A stretch of 64,000 bases of DNA. Origin: Patescibacteria group bacterium (GTDB lineage Bacteria > Patescibacteriota > Patescibacteriia > Magasanikbacterales > GWA2-37-8). Below, in pieces: positions 9,101 through 18,641 of this stretch. The number at the start of each line of letters is the position of its first letter. Within the stretch, counting starts at the first letter, position 1. The stretch lies in the NCBI GenBank assembly GCA_028705565.1, contig JAQWDH010000001.1:20363-84362 (forward strand), read 5' to 3'. A program made the position numbers and the translations under genes. The notes under the pieces were generated by a model. It did no database searches. It worked only from the letters and a program-made list of their open reading frames with translations, and had not been told where the DNA came from.

Positions 9101-10862
9101 TTCCGCAATACGCGTCATATTCTGGAGCCGAACCCTCGTCTAAAAAATAGAGAATATAATTTTTCATTTCCGCGCGAATGGTATCCAAATTTTCATTTTT
9201 TAAATCCTTTTCTCTTAATTTACGCACATAATTTTCAGCAGAAACGGTTGATTTTACGCCATCAATTTTTGCTTGGGCGATTAAATTATTTAAAGTGGTT
9301 AAATATTTTACATCATCCACGCCTTCGCGAAATCCTTCCCATTGAACCGTGTCTATAACACCATCCGTTGTCGGGTAAGTAAACGCTCCATCTTTGCGAT
9401 CGACATAATCAAAATCATCCCAAATGTTTCCGTGATATGCTTGATAAGCCCAGTCGGCGGCGCCGTCATAACCGGCCTGCCAAAGCATCAATCCGTAATT
9501 TCTGCGGTATTTTTCAGGTCTTTCCTCGCCGCCTTGAGGGTCTGCGTAAGAATATATTTTATTGCCATAGCTGTGGTATGTTGCCGCAAGATCTGGACGC
9601 AACACGCCATAAACTATCGCTATATCTAAAATATCAGCGGCTCTTTCAGCCATTGAATAATTTGCTTGCGCGTCAATAACTTTTCCGCCGACATCGTGCA
9701 CGGCTTCAATTTGCGCGCGAGTGGTAGTGCTAATTTCCTGCTCATCATACCCGTAACAATAAACATCAACATCTCCGTTAAGAGTCGTAGTCGCGATATT
9801 TATTGTGCTTGTAACCGCGGCTTGCGTTAGCGCGTTGGTGGCATATCCGGCCAAACTGCATCCAACATAAAAAAGCGTAGTAGTGTCCATACCGACTGAA
9901 TTGGCGATTGTAAGCGCGTCGTCAAGACTTCCGTCATTAGGCGCGGCTTGATATTGCGCATAATATAAAGGAGCTGTAATACCATGATTGTATAAATTTT
10001 GCAGCTCAGCGGTGAATTGAGCAGTATTTTTCCAATCTCCTGAAATCTCGCTGTATCCGCTGACATGGAGTCTGCTTGCGTAATAAAAAGAATAAGTTAG
10101 CGACGGCGAGTCCAAAGTAATCGGCAACACCGTAAGATTAAAAGTAAGATTTTTTGTGAAGACATCGGATGTAAGCTGAATTTGTCCGTTGTAAGTCCCG
10201 GCGGTTGTGGTGGTCGGCACTTCCACCGTAATCCAAATTTGTTTATTCGTGTTTGCTGTAATATCAATCGGTTGAAGTTCGGATGTATCTTCAATATGAA
10301 ATTCCGATGGAAGCATGTGCCACTGGTCCGCGACGCCTGAAATGCCGCTTGCGTTGCTTATTAAAACATAGGAGCCGTCCACCAAAGCGTAGTTTTGCGA
10401 ATCTTCAGTTTTAATCAAGTCGTCATTTTTGACAAGCAGTTCCGGCGTCAAATGTTTGTTGGAAACATCATAAAGAGTATATCCTGTTTGATACCAAATT
10501 TTTACAACTCTGATGTCCAAACTGCTTGAGGCAATCGTGCCGTTGTCTCCAATCAAATCAGTTGAAGTGACATTTAAACCTGTAATGGTTTCATTCGCGT
10601 GAATAACAAAAGTTGCGGGTTCAAATTCGCCAGGAGCCGCGCTCATGGTAATCGTGTCGGAAATATATTCGCTTGAAATACTTGAATCAGCGAGTATTTT
10701 TGTGTCCGTTATGGTTGAAGGAACGTAAATTGTCGCTGAACTGGAAGAGGCGAAAATAATATTGTAAAAAAAAGCGGACAAAGGCAAACAGACGATTGAT
10801 ACAAAAAAAATCGATAAAAATCTAAAAATTTTAGAGCGTCTTTTACGTTCTATAAAAATCAT
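6198..10862 (-). CDS. Large secreted multidomain surface protein (GH123/DUF4091-like catalytic region, Cys-rich CGNG repeat, LamG, Ig-like, C-terminal peptidoglycan-binding domain)
   Basis: N-terminal TM; AAPGEFEP...IWITVEVP...GTYNGQI; QWEGFREGVDD; CGNGVKETGEVCD; WKFDE..G and TVEAWIKP/WNHLAVTYDG (LamG); GQDVKYLQIFL...GYFGTLTKKAI (PG-binding). Confidence 0.75.
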   Translation of the reverse strand: MIFIERKRRSKIFRFLSIFFVSIVCLPLSAFFYNIIFASSSSATIYVPSTITDTKILADSSISSEYISDTITMSAAPGEFEPATFVIHANETITGLNVTSTDLIGDNGTIASSSLDIRVVKIWYQTGYTLYDVSNKHLTPELLVKNDDLIKTEDSQNYALVDGSYVLISNASGISGVADQWHMLPSEFHIEDTSELQPIDITANTNKQIWITVEVPTTTTAGTYNGQIQLTSDVFTKNLTFNLTVLPITLDSPSLTYSFYYASRLHVSGYSEISGDWKNTAQFTAELQNLYNHGITAPLYYAQYQAAPNDGSLDDALTIANSVGMDTTTLFYVGCSLAGYATNALTQAAVTSTINIATTTLNGDVDVYCYGYDEQEISTTTRAQIEAVHDVGGKVIDAQANYSMAERAADILDIAIVYGVLRPDLAATYHSYGNKIYSYADPQGGEERPEKYRRNYGLMLWQAGYDGAADWAYQAYHGNIWDDFDYVDRKDGAFTYPTTDGVIDTVQWEGFREGVDDVKYLTTLNNLIAQAKIDGVKSTVSAENYVRKLREKDLKNENLDTIRAEMKNYILYFLDEGSAPEYDAYCGNGVKETGEVCDDNDTGNAVCVDYSYTGGTLGCRDDCLSVDTSLCTPARLSIAFASSTEYNSSYINRSWTLLNMTISSTGDSSMFITWGDNKPIGYWKFDETSGTSVSDSIAGHTGTFDYGDYGTADAGTTESVIKETSYIVLSTNNDFYNNWIFEATSGAADGSTTTISDYTATSETDKTITLASALTGFATGDSFHIYKNTTLPQWAAGKFGNALLFDGIDDFVSLTGPSSTDMTGDDLTVEAWIKPTSVDSDYNITFIANFPQYQMYLKSDYTDLGENDIRAEAAAQLCMNNTDWPIVSSTSYISTTTWNHLAVTYDGTTIKFYFNGILEDSVSQTGNICDYYDGYSQLGRWTNGAVPSSNAYAYYKGLLDEVRVWKRALSQDEIRASYNASVYSNPSILFSGLTEGSNEYTVYLRDTSGTNASTTRAVNVAPTSTNANFDLTTRGFSTSFNVLPTSEWDWMNVAANLLTVNVSSTKSLTLGTAATNTIKIIPSIGEITLAFNDSDISNGYTDQWTASSTISTTTIDYVVAVSKNNTWYSIKVDGSHFNSYQSDSAGKITFTYNGGFSAKTFTVAEDTEGPSAFVLSSPSDYSTLGNEQPTFIWNAVSDADFDHYELYVDNVLKDDNLTGVSKTVSSKIGNGNHTWYVKAVDKAGNKTQSTSTWTIAIISGGGGIIPPSSSSGSGNITENLGGEVKKIFQSGATGVIKFLPQSIVGTAVLEIITLDPMEIIKNHPLPTNLNILGDIVSEIKAIVGGKEIEKINNEMKLSFTYNEELVKNGKIKKNAMEIYRWDETKKIWVPLKSDNTLANEITSKTKNFGLYGVFGESSATSTTSTLSTSTLEKDINLASSTILTSSTIQTVSSSLKTTLGIPDNFSFERFLWRGAVGQDVKYLQIFLKSMGKDIYPEGIISGYFGTLTKKAIIRLQEIYAEEILKPLKLKKGTGIFHIKTKAWTEKKINSAQGG

Positions 10863-10877
10863 ACCGATAAATTTTTT

Positions 10878-11933
10878 TCAGTTTCCGTTATGCGAAAGTT
10901 CTTTTTGGAAATAATTGTCATACATTTCCCAAAAAGACAAAAGCAGAGCCGTGATAATCGGCCCTATCACAAATCCGGAAACGCCAAAGAAAATCACTCC
11001 TCCCAAAGTTGAAAATAAAATTAGAAGCGGATGCATTTGCGTGTCTTTGCCTATTAAAATCGGACGCAATAAATTATCAATCGTGCTGATAAACAAAAAT
11101 CCGAAAACCAAAACCGCCAATCCTTGCCAGAGTTGCCCTGTAAGGAGAAGTATGATACCGGCAGGAAGCCAAATAATTGCGCAACCCACACCCGGAATAA
11201 TCGCGAAGACCATCATAATTACGCTCCAAATCAGCGCTCCTTGAATTCCGGTCGCCCAAAACAACAATCCGCCTAACGCGCCTTGAATTCCGCCGACAAT
11301 CAACGTGCTTTTTAACGCGGAACGCGCGGTAGAGGTAAATTTTTGGTAAAGCAGTTTTTCATATTTATCCCCAAGCGGGCATAAGTGCATCGCTTTTTTC
11401 AAAAATTTTTCCCCATCGCGCAGGAAGAAAAAAAGCGTGTAAAGCATTATGATAAACATCAATGCGAAAATTAGAGAATTTTGCGTAAGATTTTTCAACG
11501 CGGTGAATAAGTAATTGGTGATGCTCTGCGCGGTTTCCGCGAATTTTTCAGTCCAAAATTGTTCGTCAATATTTAGCTGTTGCGTGTAGGGGTTGTGTTT
11601 AATTGAGTTTAATGTGTTTTGCACGCTTTCTTTGATATGGCCGTTTGTATTCATTGAGGTGTAAATATCAACCGACTCATTGAAAAGCAAGCTGCCGAGC
11701 AATCCCAATGGAAGAATAATAATTATGATTACGGCGGCCATTGTGATAATTGAGCTGATGCCGGCGTGTCCTATCCATTTATTCATCCGAGCGTAAAAAG
11801 TATGAAACAGAGTCGCGATGACCGCGGCCCAGAAAACCGGATAAAAAAACGGTTTGATTATAAAAAGAAATAAAATTGTAACTAATCCGAGCGAACTAAA
11901 AAAAAGTATATTGCGGATCTTGGCAAAATCCAT
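10878..11933 (-). CDS. AI-2E family transporter
   Basis: Multi-TM, FFFLRDG, IDNLLRP..IG...MHPLLILFSTLGG, G..IGP motifs. Confidence 0.9.
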   Translation of the reverse strand: MDFAKIRNILFFSSLGLVTILFLFIIKPFFYPVFWAAVIATLFHTFYARMNKWIGHAGISSIITMAAVIIIIILPLGLLGSLLFNESVDIYTSMNTNGHIKESVQNTLNSIKHNPYTQQLNIDEQFWTEKFAETAQSITNYLFTALKNLTQNSLIFALMFIIMLYTLFFFLRDGEKFLKKAMHLCPLGDKYEKLLYQKFTSTARSALKSTLIVGGIQGALGGLLFWATGIQGALIWSVIMMVFAIIPGVGCAIIWLPAGIILLLTGQLWQGLAVLVFGFLFISTIDNLLRPILIGKDTQMHPLLILFSTLGGVIFFGVSGFVIGPIITALLLSFWEMYDNYFQKELSHNGN

Positions 11934-11988
11934 AAAAATGTTGGTTAATATTAAAACACAGTTATTTTAATGTATTTTATCAAATTTT

Positions 11989-13431
11989 TTAAGGTTGAGC
12001 AACCGGATTGTTTGATTTAGGAGGGCGAGATATTATTTCTTTTATTGTTTCTTTGGAAATAATGTTGAGAAGCAAGGCTAAAACACCATAAATTATTATC
12101 CCAAACGCGATTGATAAGACGATATTCATCGGTTGAAGGAGATAAACCGATACGCCCATTGTCAAACTCGCGAGAGATATCTTGAAAAAAGTTTTAAAAC
12201 TTGGCCAAAATCGCGCGAAGCGATTAACCGTAATCATTAAAAATAAACCGGCGTAAATTTCAGAAAAAACAGTCACCATCGCCGCGCCATAAGCGCCGTA
12301 TTTCGGGATTAAAAACGCGTAAGCGATCGCGCTTAAAATCGCGTCGGAAAGATAAATCCAAATCACATTTTTTTGTCTGTTTATCGCCAAGGCCAAATAT
12401 CCAAAGACATTTCCAAAAGCAGTGCCAACAATGGCGATGCCGAGCAGTGCGAGTATTTTACCGGAGTTTACGAATTCGTTGCCGGCAATAAGTTTCATAA
12501 TTGGAGTCGCGAGCGTAATAATACCGACAGCCATTGGTATAAGCAACATCAAGATTAAATCAAAACTTCTTTGGTAATGGAGCTTGAATTCATCGCGAAG
12601 ATTTTGCGACCAAGCGCGCGCGGTAAGAGGCAGCATTATTCCCATTACCATGGCGGCAACCTGTATTACTATTTCAGTGACGCGATACGCGGCGCCTGCT
12701 AATCCAACTTCGCTTTGCGAAACAAATAGAGGCAGTAAAATTCTTCCGCCTTGCAGATAAACGGCGTTGAAGATAATTTCAATCGCCATCGGCCAAGTTT
12801 TATAATAAAGCGCGCGTGATATTCCCCAATCAATTTGAAAACGAATTTTTTGACTTTTGAGCCAAAGAAAAACAGTATAAATTAAAGATGACGTTGAAAC
12901 AATCGCCATCATCGGCAAAAATCCATCGTAATTTTTATAAGCAATGGCGAAGATGCCGACAAGCATTGTCGCTCGGGATAAAAATTCTCCGATAACCTGA
13001 ATGTGCATTTTTAATTTTGTTTGATAATATCCGACAAGCACTTGATTCAAAGCAGTGCTGAAAAAAGAAACAGAAAGAATGGCCGCGGCGATTTTGACCG
13101 GAGCTGGATATGGAAAAAACAGGATTAAAATCGGAGACAAGCCGTTGAAAAAAAACGCGGTTAAAAATCTCCATGTAAAAAGAGTGTTGTAAATTTTTTG
13201 TTTATCAAATTTTTCTTCAGAAAGCATGCTCGCGGTATTGGCTGTAAATCCGAAATCGTTCGCCACCGCGATAAATTGCAAAAAACTGCTGGCGGTCACA
13301 AACCAGCCGAATTTTTCCACGCCCAAAGAGCGGGTCATCAAAGCCACAATTAAAAGCCCGATTCCCGTGTTTAGCGATTTTCCGGCAAGTTGAATTGCCG
13401 TGTTGAAAGCGATTTGCCGTTTTAGAGACAT
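11989..13431 (-). CDS. Oligosaccharide flippase (Wzx/MOP family)
   Basis: About 12-14 TM helices; real start MSLKRQ at 13431, the extension to 13575 is translated repeat. Confidence 0.85.
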   Translation of the reverse strand: MSLKRQIAFNTAIQLAGKSLNTGIGLLIVALMTRSLGVEKFGWFVTASSFLQFIAVANDFGFTANTASMLSEEKFDKQKIYNTLFTWRFLTAFFFNGLSPILILFFPYPAPVKIAAAILSVSFFSTALNQVLVGYYQTKLKMHIQVIGEFLSRATMLVGIFAIAYKNYDGFLPMMAIVSTSSLIYTVFLWLKSQKIRFQIDWGISRALYYKTWPMAIEIIFNAVYLQGGRILLPLFVSQSEVGLAGAAYRVTEIVIQVAAMVMGIMLPLTARAWSQNLRDEFKLHYQRSFDLILMLLIPMAVGIITLATPIMKLIAGNEFVNSGKILALLGIAIVGTAFGNVFGYLALAINRQKNVIWIYLSDAILSAIAYAFLIPKYGAYGAAMVTVFSEIYAGLFLMITVNRFARFWPSFKTFFKISLASLTMGVSVYLLQPMNIVLSIAFGIIIYGVLALLLNIISKETIKEIISRPPKSNNPVAQP

Positions 13432-13449
13432 AAAATAAATCCCAAATCC

Positions 13450-13488
13450 CCTGCCTACCGGTTTACATACCGTAGGTATGCAGGCAGG
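13450..13488. mobile_element. 39-bp palindromic mini-element CCTGCCTACCGG-TTTACATACCGTAGGTATG-CAGGCAGG
   Basis: 38/39 identical inverted copy at 57534-57572; shorter core variants at about 47919 and 50845. Confidence 0.7.
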
Positions 13489-13580
13489 CAATGACCAATG
13501 ACCAATGACCAATGACCAATGACCAATGACCAATGACCAATGACCAATGACCAATGACCAATGACCAATGACCAATGACC
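13489..13580. repeat. Perfect heptamer tandem repeat (CAATGAC)x13
   Basis: Read directly; reverse complement is a TTGGTCA-type STRR heptamer. Confidence 0.95.
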
Positions 13581-13650
13581 GTTTAATTTCATATTCATTT
13601 TACCGCTTTTTTGGAATAAAAAAAAGCCCTGAATTAAGGGCTGTTGTCGT

Positions 13651-13890
13651 TTATTCCTTTTTTTCCTCTTTTACCTCGCCAACTCCTTTCATCAGCCATA
13701 TTAACAATAATATCAACAACGAGATATCAATCAAAAGCCCGAGGAAAACGGATACTCCGAATAGTACGGAGATTTTATTTACAGTAGCATAAAGGTGCAG
13801 TGTCGGAATTGCGCCGATAGTGAGGGAATATCCGACAAAAAAAACAAACCATCCGAAAATTTTTAATACAATTTTTCCGATTTTTTTCAT
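13651..13890 (-). CDS. Small two-TM membrane protein
   Basis: ATG at 13890 with AAGGAG SD; own TTGACA/TATTAT promoter and boxA-like GCACCTTGAACAA. Confidence 0.7.
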   Translation of the reverse strand: MKKIGKIVLKIFGWFVFFVGYSLTIGAIPTLHLYATVNKISVLFGVSVFLGLLIDISLLILLLIWLMKGVGEVKEEKKE

Positions 13891-13999
13891 TTTTTCTCCT
13901 TTGTTCAAGGTGCTGAATGTATAATAACAAAAACCGAAGTATTGTCAACAACACACAGACGGGAAGGAATTATTATGTTATAATGGCTATAGACGTTTT

Positions 14000-15934
14000 T
14001 TGTCATTGCAATTTCCAATGTCAAATCAAATTCAAATATCAAATATCAAATCTCAAGTTGTCGTTGCGTATACAATAAAGCGATACTGTTTTTTTATTTC
14101 TTTTTTGTTTTTAATGTTTTTTTGCGCGCCGGTTTTCGCGGCGGATTTTACGCCCCCGCCTTTTAAAGATAAAAATTATGCCGGTAAATATGTAAGCCAA
14201 TCAATTCCAGACCCGATAACAATCAAAGCCGGAGAAACGAAAGAAATCGTTGTAAGAATTAAAAATACTGGCAAAACGACTTGGTCCGCGACCGGTAAAA
14301 ATTTTGTTTCAGTTTATACTGTCGCGCCGAATTATCGCGAAAGCGTTTTTGCGGGCAAAAATTGGATGAATAAATCGCAAGCCGTAAAAATCAGTAGTTC
14401 CATAAGCCCCGGAAAAATCGGGGAAGTTAGAATTAAACTTAGCGCGCCGCAAAAAACCGGAGATTATTTGGAGAGATTTTATTTGGCGGCGGAAAACAAA
14501 ACTTGGATACAAGGAACATATTTTTATTTTAAAATTAAAGTCGTAAAAAATAACGTCGTCGCCGCGTCAATTGATACGGAAGAAAACGGCCGAGGAGACG
14601 GCGAAATAAAAGATGAGGCCGTGGAAATAAACAAAGAATACAAATCCGATATGCTGGCTTTTTCCGCCCGCAAGATATTTGCTTCCGGAGGAGAAAAAAT
14701 AAATTTTATCGTTCAATATCGCAATTCAGGAACTAAAAAATGGAATAACTATCTTTGGCAAGAAGCCGGAAGCCGCGCGGAAGAAGACGGAACGAATTCA
14801 ACCGCGATTAAAGCGAATTTGTCGGATGAGTCGTGGGTTTCGCAGGTTAAAATAAAAACTGAAAATAAAATAACGGCTCCGACCGAATCGTTGCGCGTGG
14901 AGTTTGTTTTTCGCGCGCCGGCAAAAAAAGGAAATTATGTCGCGCGTTTTCAACTTACGGCTGACGGGCATACTTTGGACGGCGGAATTTTGGAATTGCC
15001 GGTAATTGTAACGGCTGACGCGCCATCAGGATATACTGAACCGGTTTTCACGAGCGCGCGAACGCTCGTGTCCGAACCGAATGTTCGCATCGGCCTTTTC
15101 AAGGCCGAAAAACCGGTTAAATTCAAATCGTCTTTTGATTACCAAGTTTGGAGCGGAGGAATTTTAAAGGGATTTTTATCAGCCGGAATTTCGGCGACTT
15201 TAAATTACGGAGACGGAATTTACAATTTTACAAGCGAGGCGTTGAGTTTTAATTCGCGCGATTTTGTCCGTTTAACGCCGTATAATTTAAACGATTATTT
15301 TACTTTGCCTGACTACGAGCGTCATATAAGTTGGAAGGGAAGTGTAAATTTTAACGCTTATCGCGGAATTTTTGAATACATATATTCTCCAAAAAGCGAC
15401 GCGCCTTTTGTCGTCAATGAATTGCCGATGGATTTGTATATCGCGGGAATCGGCGAAACATCCGGAGGCGCGGCGATGGAATATATTAAAGCGATGCTTG
15501 TCGCGGCGCGTTCATACGCGTATTATCATTTGAACAACGGCGTGCCGGCGGACAAAAGAACCTTTGATTTATACGCGACAACCGCCGACCAGCTTTATTT
15601 GGGATACAATTCAGAAACTATGATGCCGCGCGTGGCGCAGGCGGAGCAGGCGACTTTTGGCGAGATGGTTACTTATGGAAGCAATGTCGTGGTTACGCCT
15701 TATTTTGGACATTCTGACGGGCATACTCGTTCTTGGGCAGAAGTTTGGGGCGGAACGGAAAAGCCGTGGATTAAGAGCGTGGAGTGTTTTTACGACACAG
15801 GCGAAAAAATGTTGGGGCACGGTGTCGGCATAAGCATGCAGGATGCGGCTTCGCGCGCTGACAAAGACGGCTGGACATACGACCAAATTCTGGAGTATTA
15901 TTACACAGGAGTGGAAATTGAAAAAATTTACTAA
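14000..15934 (+). CDS. SpoIID/LytB domain protein with two N-terminal Ig-like (NBR1-like) domains
   Basis: VVNELPMDLYIAGIGE, KAMLVAARSYA, GHGVGISM, YDQILEYYY; start uncertain because the N-terminus overlaps a heptamer tract. Confidence 0.85.
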   Translation: MSLQFPMSNQIQISNIKSQVVVAYTIKRYCFFISFLFLMFFCAPVFAADFTPPPFKDKNYAGKYVSQSIPDPITIKAGETKEIVVRIKNTGKTTWSATGKNFVSVYTVAPNYRESVFAGKNWMNKSQAVKISSSISPGKIGEVRIKLSAPQKTGDYLERFYLAAENKTWIQGTYFYFKIKVVKNNVVAASIDTEENGRGDGEIKDEAVEINKEYKSDMLAFSARKIFASGGEKINFIVQYRNSGTKKWNNYLWQEAGSRAEEDGTNSTAIKANLSDESWVSQVKIKTENKITAPTESLRVEFVFRAPAKKGNYVARFQLTADGHTLDGGILELPVIVTADAPSGYTEPVFTSARTLVSEPNVRIGLFKAEKPVKFKSSFDYQVWSGGILKGFLSAGISATLNYGDGIYNFTSEALSFNSRDFVRLTPYNLNDYFTLPDYERHISWKGSVNFNAYRGIFEYIYSPKSDAPFVVNELPMDLYIAGIGETSGGAAMEYIKAMLVAARSYAYYHLNNGVPADKRTFDLYATTADQLYLGYNSETMMPRVAQAEQATFGEMVTYGSNVVVTPYFGHSDGHTRSWAEVWGGTEKPWIKSVECFYDTGEKMLGHGVGISMQDAASRADKDGWTYDQILEYYYTGVEIEKIY

Positions 15935-16012
15935 CTGCTTTCGTCAAAATATCGCTTTTTGACTCAATATTATTAAAAAACTATTTTTTTTACTTTATTA
16001 ATTAAATTTAAT

Positions 16013-16318
16013 ATGAAAGAAACATTGTTATTCGTCAATCCGGAAAACATAAACAAAAAACAGCCGATAGAAAAACAAAAAATGAATATTCAATCGCGTT
16101 CCGAGGCGGTTTTTAAAAGCGATGACAAAAAAAGAGAAGTTTTAAAAAAAATCAATAAGCTGATAAAAGAGCATCAAGAAAAAAATACATTTAATTCGTT
16201 CGCAAAAAAGGGTAATATTGAGAACACGAATGAGTGGAAAAAAGAATGGGCGGAAAAACTTGACGAATTATTGGCGGCGAAAGAAAAAATTGAGAAGCAA
16301 TTGCCGAAGAAAAGTTAA
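16013..16318 (+). CDS. Hypothetical protein
   Basis: 101 aa ORF followed by a terminator hairpin. Confidence 0.55.
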   Translation: MKETLLFVNPENINKKQPIEKQKMNIQSRSEAVFKSDDKKREVLKKINKLIKEHQEKNTFNSFAKKGNIENTNEWKKEWAEKLDELLAAKEKIEKQLPKKS

Positions 16319-16322
16319 AAAT

Positions 16323-16360
16323 AAAAACCGCCTTGTTAAATGATAGGGCGGTTTTTTTAT
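16323..16360. terminator. Bidirectional terminator
   Basis: AAAAACCGCCTTGTT...GATAGGGCGGTTTTTTT. Confidence 0.7.
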
Positions 16361-16362
16361 TT

Positions 16363-16899
16363 TTATCTTCCGTGAAAATTTTTGTCTTCCGAAGCCATAT
16401 CCAATATAAATTTTCTCAAGCCGTTCGGGTCCGGCACGTTTTTTAAAATGAATTTAGGCACAGCGCCGGCTGTTTGCAAGGTTATGGTGCCGTAATCAAA
16501 TATGGAAGGAAAAAAACCCTTCACTTCCGAAGTAATATCCTGTATTTGGTAAAGGTCAACTTCGGAAACGCTGCGTCCGAACAAGCTGATTTGTTCAATA
16601 TCAACCAACCTGTCGTTGGTGATAACCCACATATCCAGATAAAACGAAATAAAATAAGAATAAAGAAAAAGCAATACGGAAAGACAGTAGACGCTTCCGA
16701 AAAGAATGAGAATGATAAACACGGTTGGGCTTTGCATCAGAGTAGGGAATATTCTCTGCAAAAGAAAGTTCACTCCCACGGGCGCTGCCGCGAGCAAAAT
16801 AAAAAGCGCGAGCGGCGGAACGAAAGTGATAAGGTCTCGGCGCACGATTTTGAATGTTTTTTCGTAAGATTTCGGATGTATGATTTTTTCCGCTGTCAT
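16363..16899 (-). CDS. Membrane protein with bacterial PH domain
   Basis: Two TMs then WVITNDRLVDIEQ..LF.RSVSE..L..IQD...IFDYGTITLQTAG; ATG at 16899. Confidence 0.8.
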   Translation of the reverse strand: MTAEKIIHPKSYEKTFKIVRRDLITFVPPLALFILLAAAPVGVNFLLQRIFPTLMQSPTVFIILILFGSVYCLSVLLFLYSYFISFYLDMWVITNDRLVDIEQISLFGRSVSEVDLYQIQDITSEVKGFFPSIFDYGTITLQTAGAVPKFILKNVPDPNGLRKFILDMASEDKNFHGR

Positions 16900-16900
16900 A

Positions 16901-17164
16901 TTAAAACAAATTAGAATTGAATGAAATCCATTCGTTGTTCCAAACTGTAATCGGCTGTTGCCAATCCGCGTTTTGCAGAAATTGCCAAGTGAAAAATAAA
17001 ACAATAACCGAAAGCGCCGAAACGAAAAAAGTGGCGACAAAGCTTACCATTGTAAGCGCGCCGGTACTCACTAAATGATAAATATTAACTAACGAGTAAA
17101 AAACGAATACCGCCAAAAACGCGAAATAAATAAATAGAAAAATATAAATAGGAGCGGAGACCAT
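16901..17164 (-). CDS. Small membrane protein
   Basis: Two TMs, in the ruvB operon; start MVSAP at 17164. Confidence 0.65.
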   Translation of the reverse strand: MVSAPIYIFLFIYFAFLAVFVFYSLVNIYHLVSTGALTMVSFVATFFVSALSVIVLFFTWQFLQNADWQQPITVWNNEWISFNSNLF

Positions 17165-17197
17165 ATAAAAAATTAAAATTTTTAATAAACGCAAAAA

Positions 17198-18241
17198 TTA
17201 CAGCAAGGTATTTTTCGGCTGTTCGCACCCCAAATGTTTATACGCCGCTGGCGTGGCTTTTCGTCCTCGCGCGGTGCGTTCCAAAAATCCAAGCTGAATC
17301 AAAAACGGTTCATAAACGGTTTCAATTGTTTCCATTTCTTCGGAGATGGCGGCGGAAAGAGTGTTTAAGCCGGCCGGTCCGCCGTTGAATTTTTCAATTA
17401 AAGTTTTAAGCAAATGGCGGTCAATTTCATCCAAGCCGTATCCGTCTATTGTAAGCATTTTCAGCGCCTCTGACGCGGTGTCGGTATTTATCAAACCGTT
17501 GTTTTTGATTTGCGCGTAATCGCGAACTCTTTTTAAAAGGCGATTGGCGACGCGCGGAGTTCGGCGCGAGCTTTTAGCTATCATCCGGCGCGCGTCTTCA
17601 GCGGACTCAACTTCCAACAATAGCGCGTTGCGTTCCAAAATTTTTTCTATTTCGTTTTCTTCGTAAAAATTCAAATGAAAATGAAAACCGAAACGGTCGC
17701 GCAAAGGAGCTGACAGCAAGCTTAATTTTGTGGTGGCGCCGATTAAAGTAAAACGCGGAAGCGGAATGCGAATCACGCGCGCGGCAGGTCCGGCTCCGAT
17801 GATAATATCCAAAGCGTAATCTTCCAAAGCCGGATACAAAACTTCCTCAATGGTTTTGTTGAGGCGATGTATTTCATCTATAAAAAGAACCTCGCCTTCC
17901 TGCATGTTGGAAAGTATGGCGGCAAGGTCGCCGACTTTTTCCAAAGCCGGACCGGAAGTCATTTTGATTTTACTTTCCATTTCTTTGGCGATGATGTGGG
18001 CGAGCGTGGTTTTGCCAAGCCCGGGATTGCCGCAAAGCAAAACATGCTCCAACGACTCTTGCCTTTTTTTGGCGGCCTGGATGGCGATGCTCAGATTTTC
18101 TTTGATTTGATTTTGCCCAACGAAATCAGACAGCTGGCGCGGACGCAAAGTATTTTCCAAAAGCGTTTCTTCGGCGTTCTCCCCATCTATTTGCGGCTCC
18201 ACTATTCGGTCGGGGCATTCATTTTGTAATTCTTCTTCCAT
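17198..18241 (-). CDS. ruvB: Holliday junction branch migration helicase RuvB
   Basis: [47 protein letters not shown]. Confidence 0.97.
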   Translation of the reverse strand: MEEELQNECPDRIVEPQIDGENAEETLLENTLRPRQLSDFVGQNQIKENLSIAIQAAKKRQESLEHVLLCGNPGLGKTTLAHIIAKEMESKIKMTSGPALEKVGDLAAILSNMQEGEVLFIDEIHRLNKTIEEVLYPALEDYALDIIIGAGPAARVIRIPLPRFTLIGATTKLSLLSAPLRDRFGFHFHLNFYEENEIEKILERNALLLEVESAEDARRMIAKSSRRTPRVANRLLKRVRDYAQIKNNGLINTDTASEALKMLTIDGYGLDEIDRHLLKTLIEKFNGGPAGLNTLSAAISEEMETIETVYEPFLIQLGFLERTARGRKATPAAYKHLGCEQPKNTLL

Positions 18242-18264
18242 AATAGCAATGTTAAATAATGCTT

Positions 18265-18330
18265 GTCATTCCCGTGAAAACGGGAATCTGTTGTCTGATT
18301 GTATGGATTCCCGTTTTCACGGGAATGACA
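18265..18330. repeat. REP-like palindrome
   Basis: GTCATTCCCGTGAAAACGGGAATC ... GATTCCCGTTTTCACGGGAATGAC. Confidence 0.85.
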
Positions 18331-18380
18331 GTTAATATGGTTATTATAATTCCAAAAACGAACAAAGTCCACTGCTTGTT

Positions 18381-18462
18381 ACGGTCTATGGACTATGGTC
18401 TGCGGACTATGGTCTATGGTCTATAGTCTATGGTCCAACGTCCAACGTCCACAGTCCACGTC
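18381..18462. repeat. Degenerate heptamer tandem repeat (CTATGGT/CCAACGT)
   Basis: Same family as 5718-5828. Confidence 0.8.
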
Positions 18463-18471
18463 CGATTTCCC

Positions 18472-18480
18472 TGTGGATAA
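18472..18480 (-). promoter_or_regulatory. Perfect DnaA box upstream of nrdD
   Basis: TGTGGATAA, the reverse complement of TTATCCACA, next to TTGACA at 18487. Confidence 0.5.
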
Positions 18481-18641
18481 AATAAGTTGACAATATTCGT
18501 TAAATTATTTTCTAATTTTTTAAAAATTTTGATTTTATTTTGCGCATAGTTTATACTATGTTATACTAAGGTTGCGGCGGATGAATTATAAATTACAAAT
18601 TATAAATACGATAAAAACTACAAATTTAAAAATTTAAATTT

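Noticed and set aside
13432-13575. N-terminal VIGHWSL repeat extension of the flippase
   Set aside because: Translation of the heptamer tract and mini-element; the real start is most likely 13431.
18535-18580. NrdR boxes upstream of nrdD
   Set aside because: The TATACTA repeats match the NrdR consensus only loosely; not supportable by eye.
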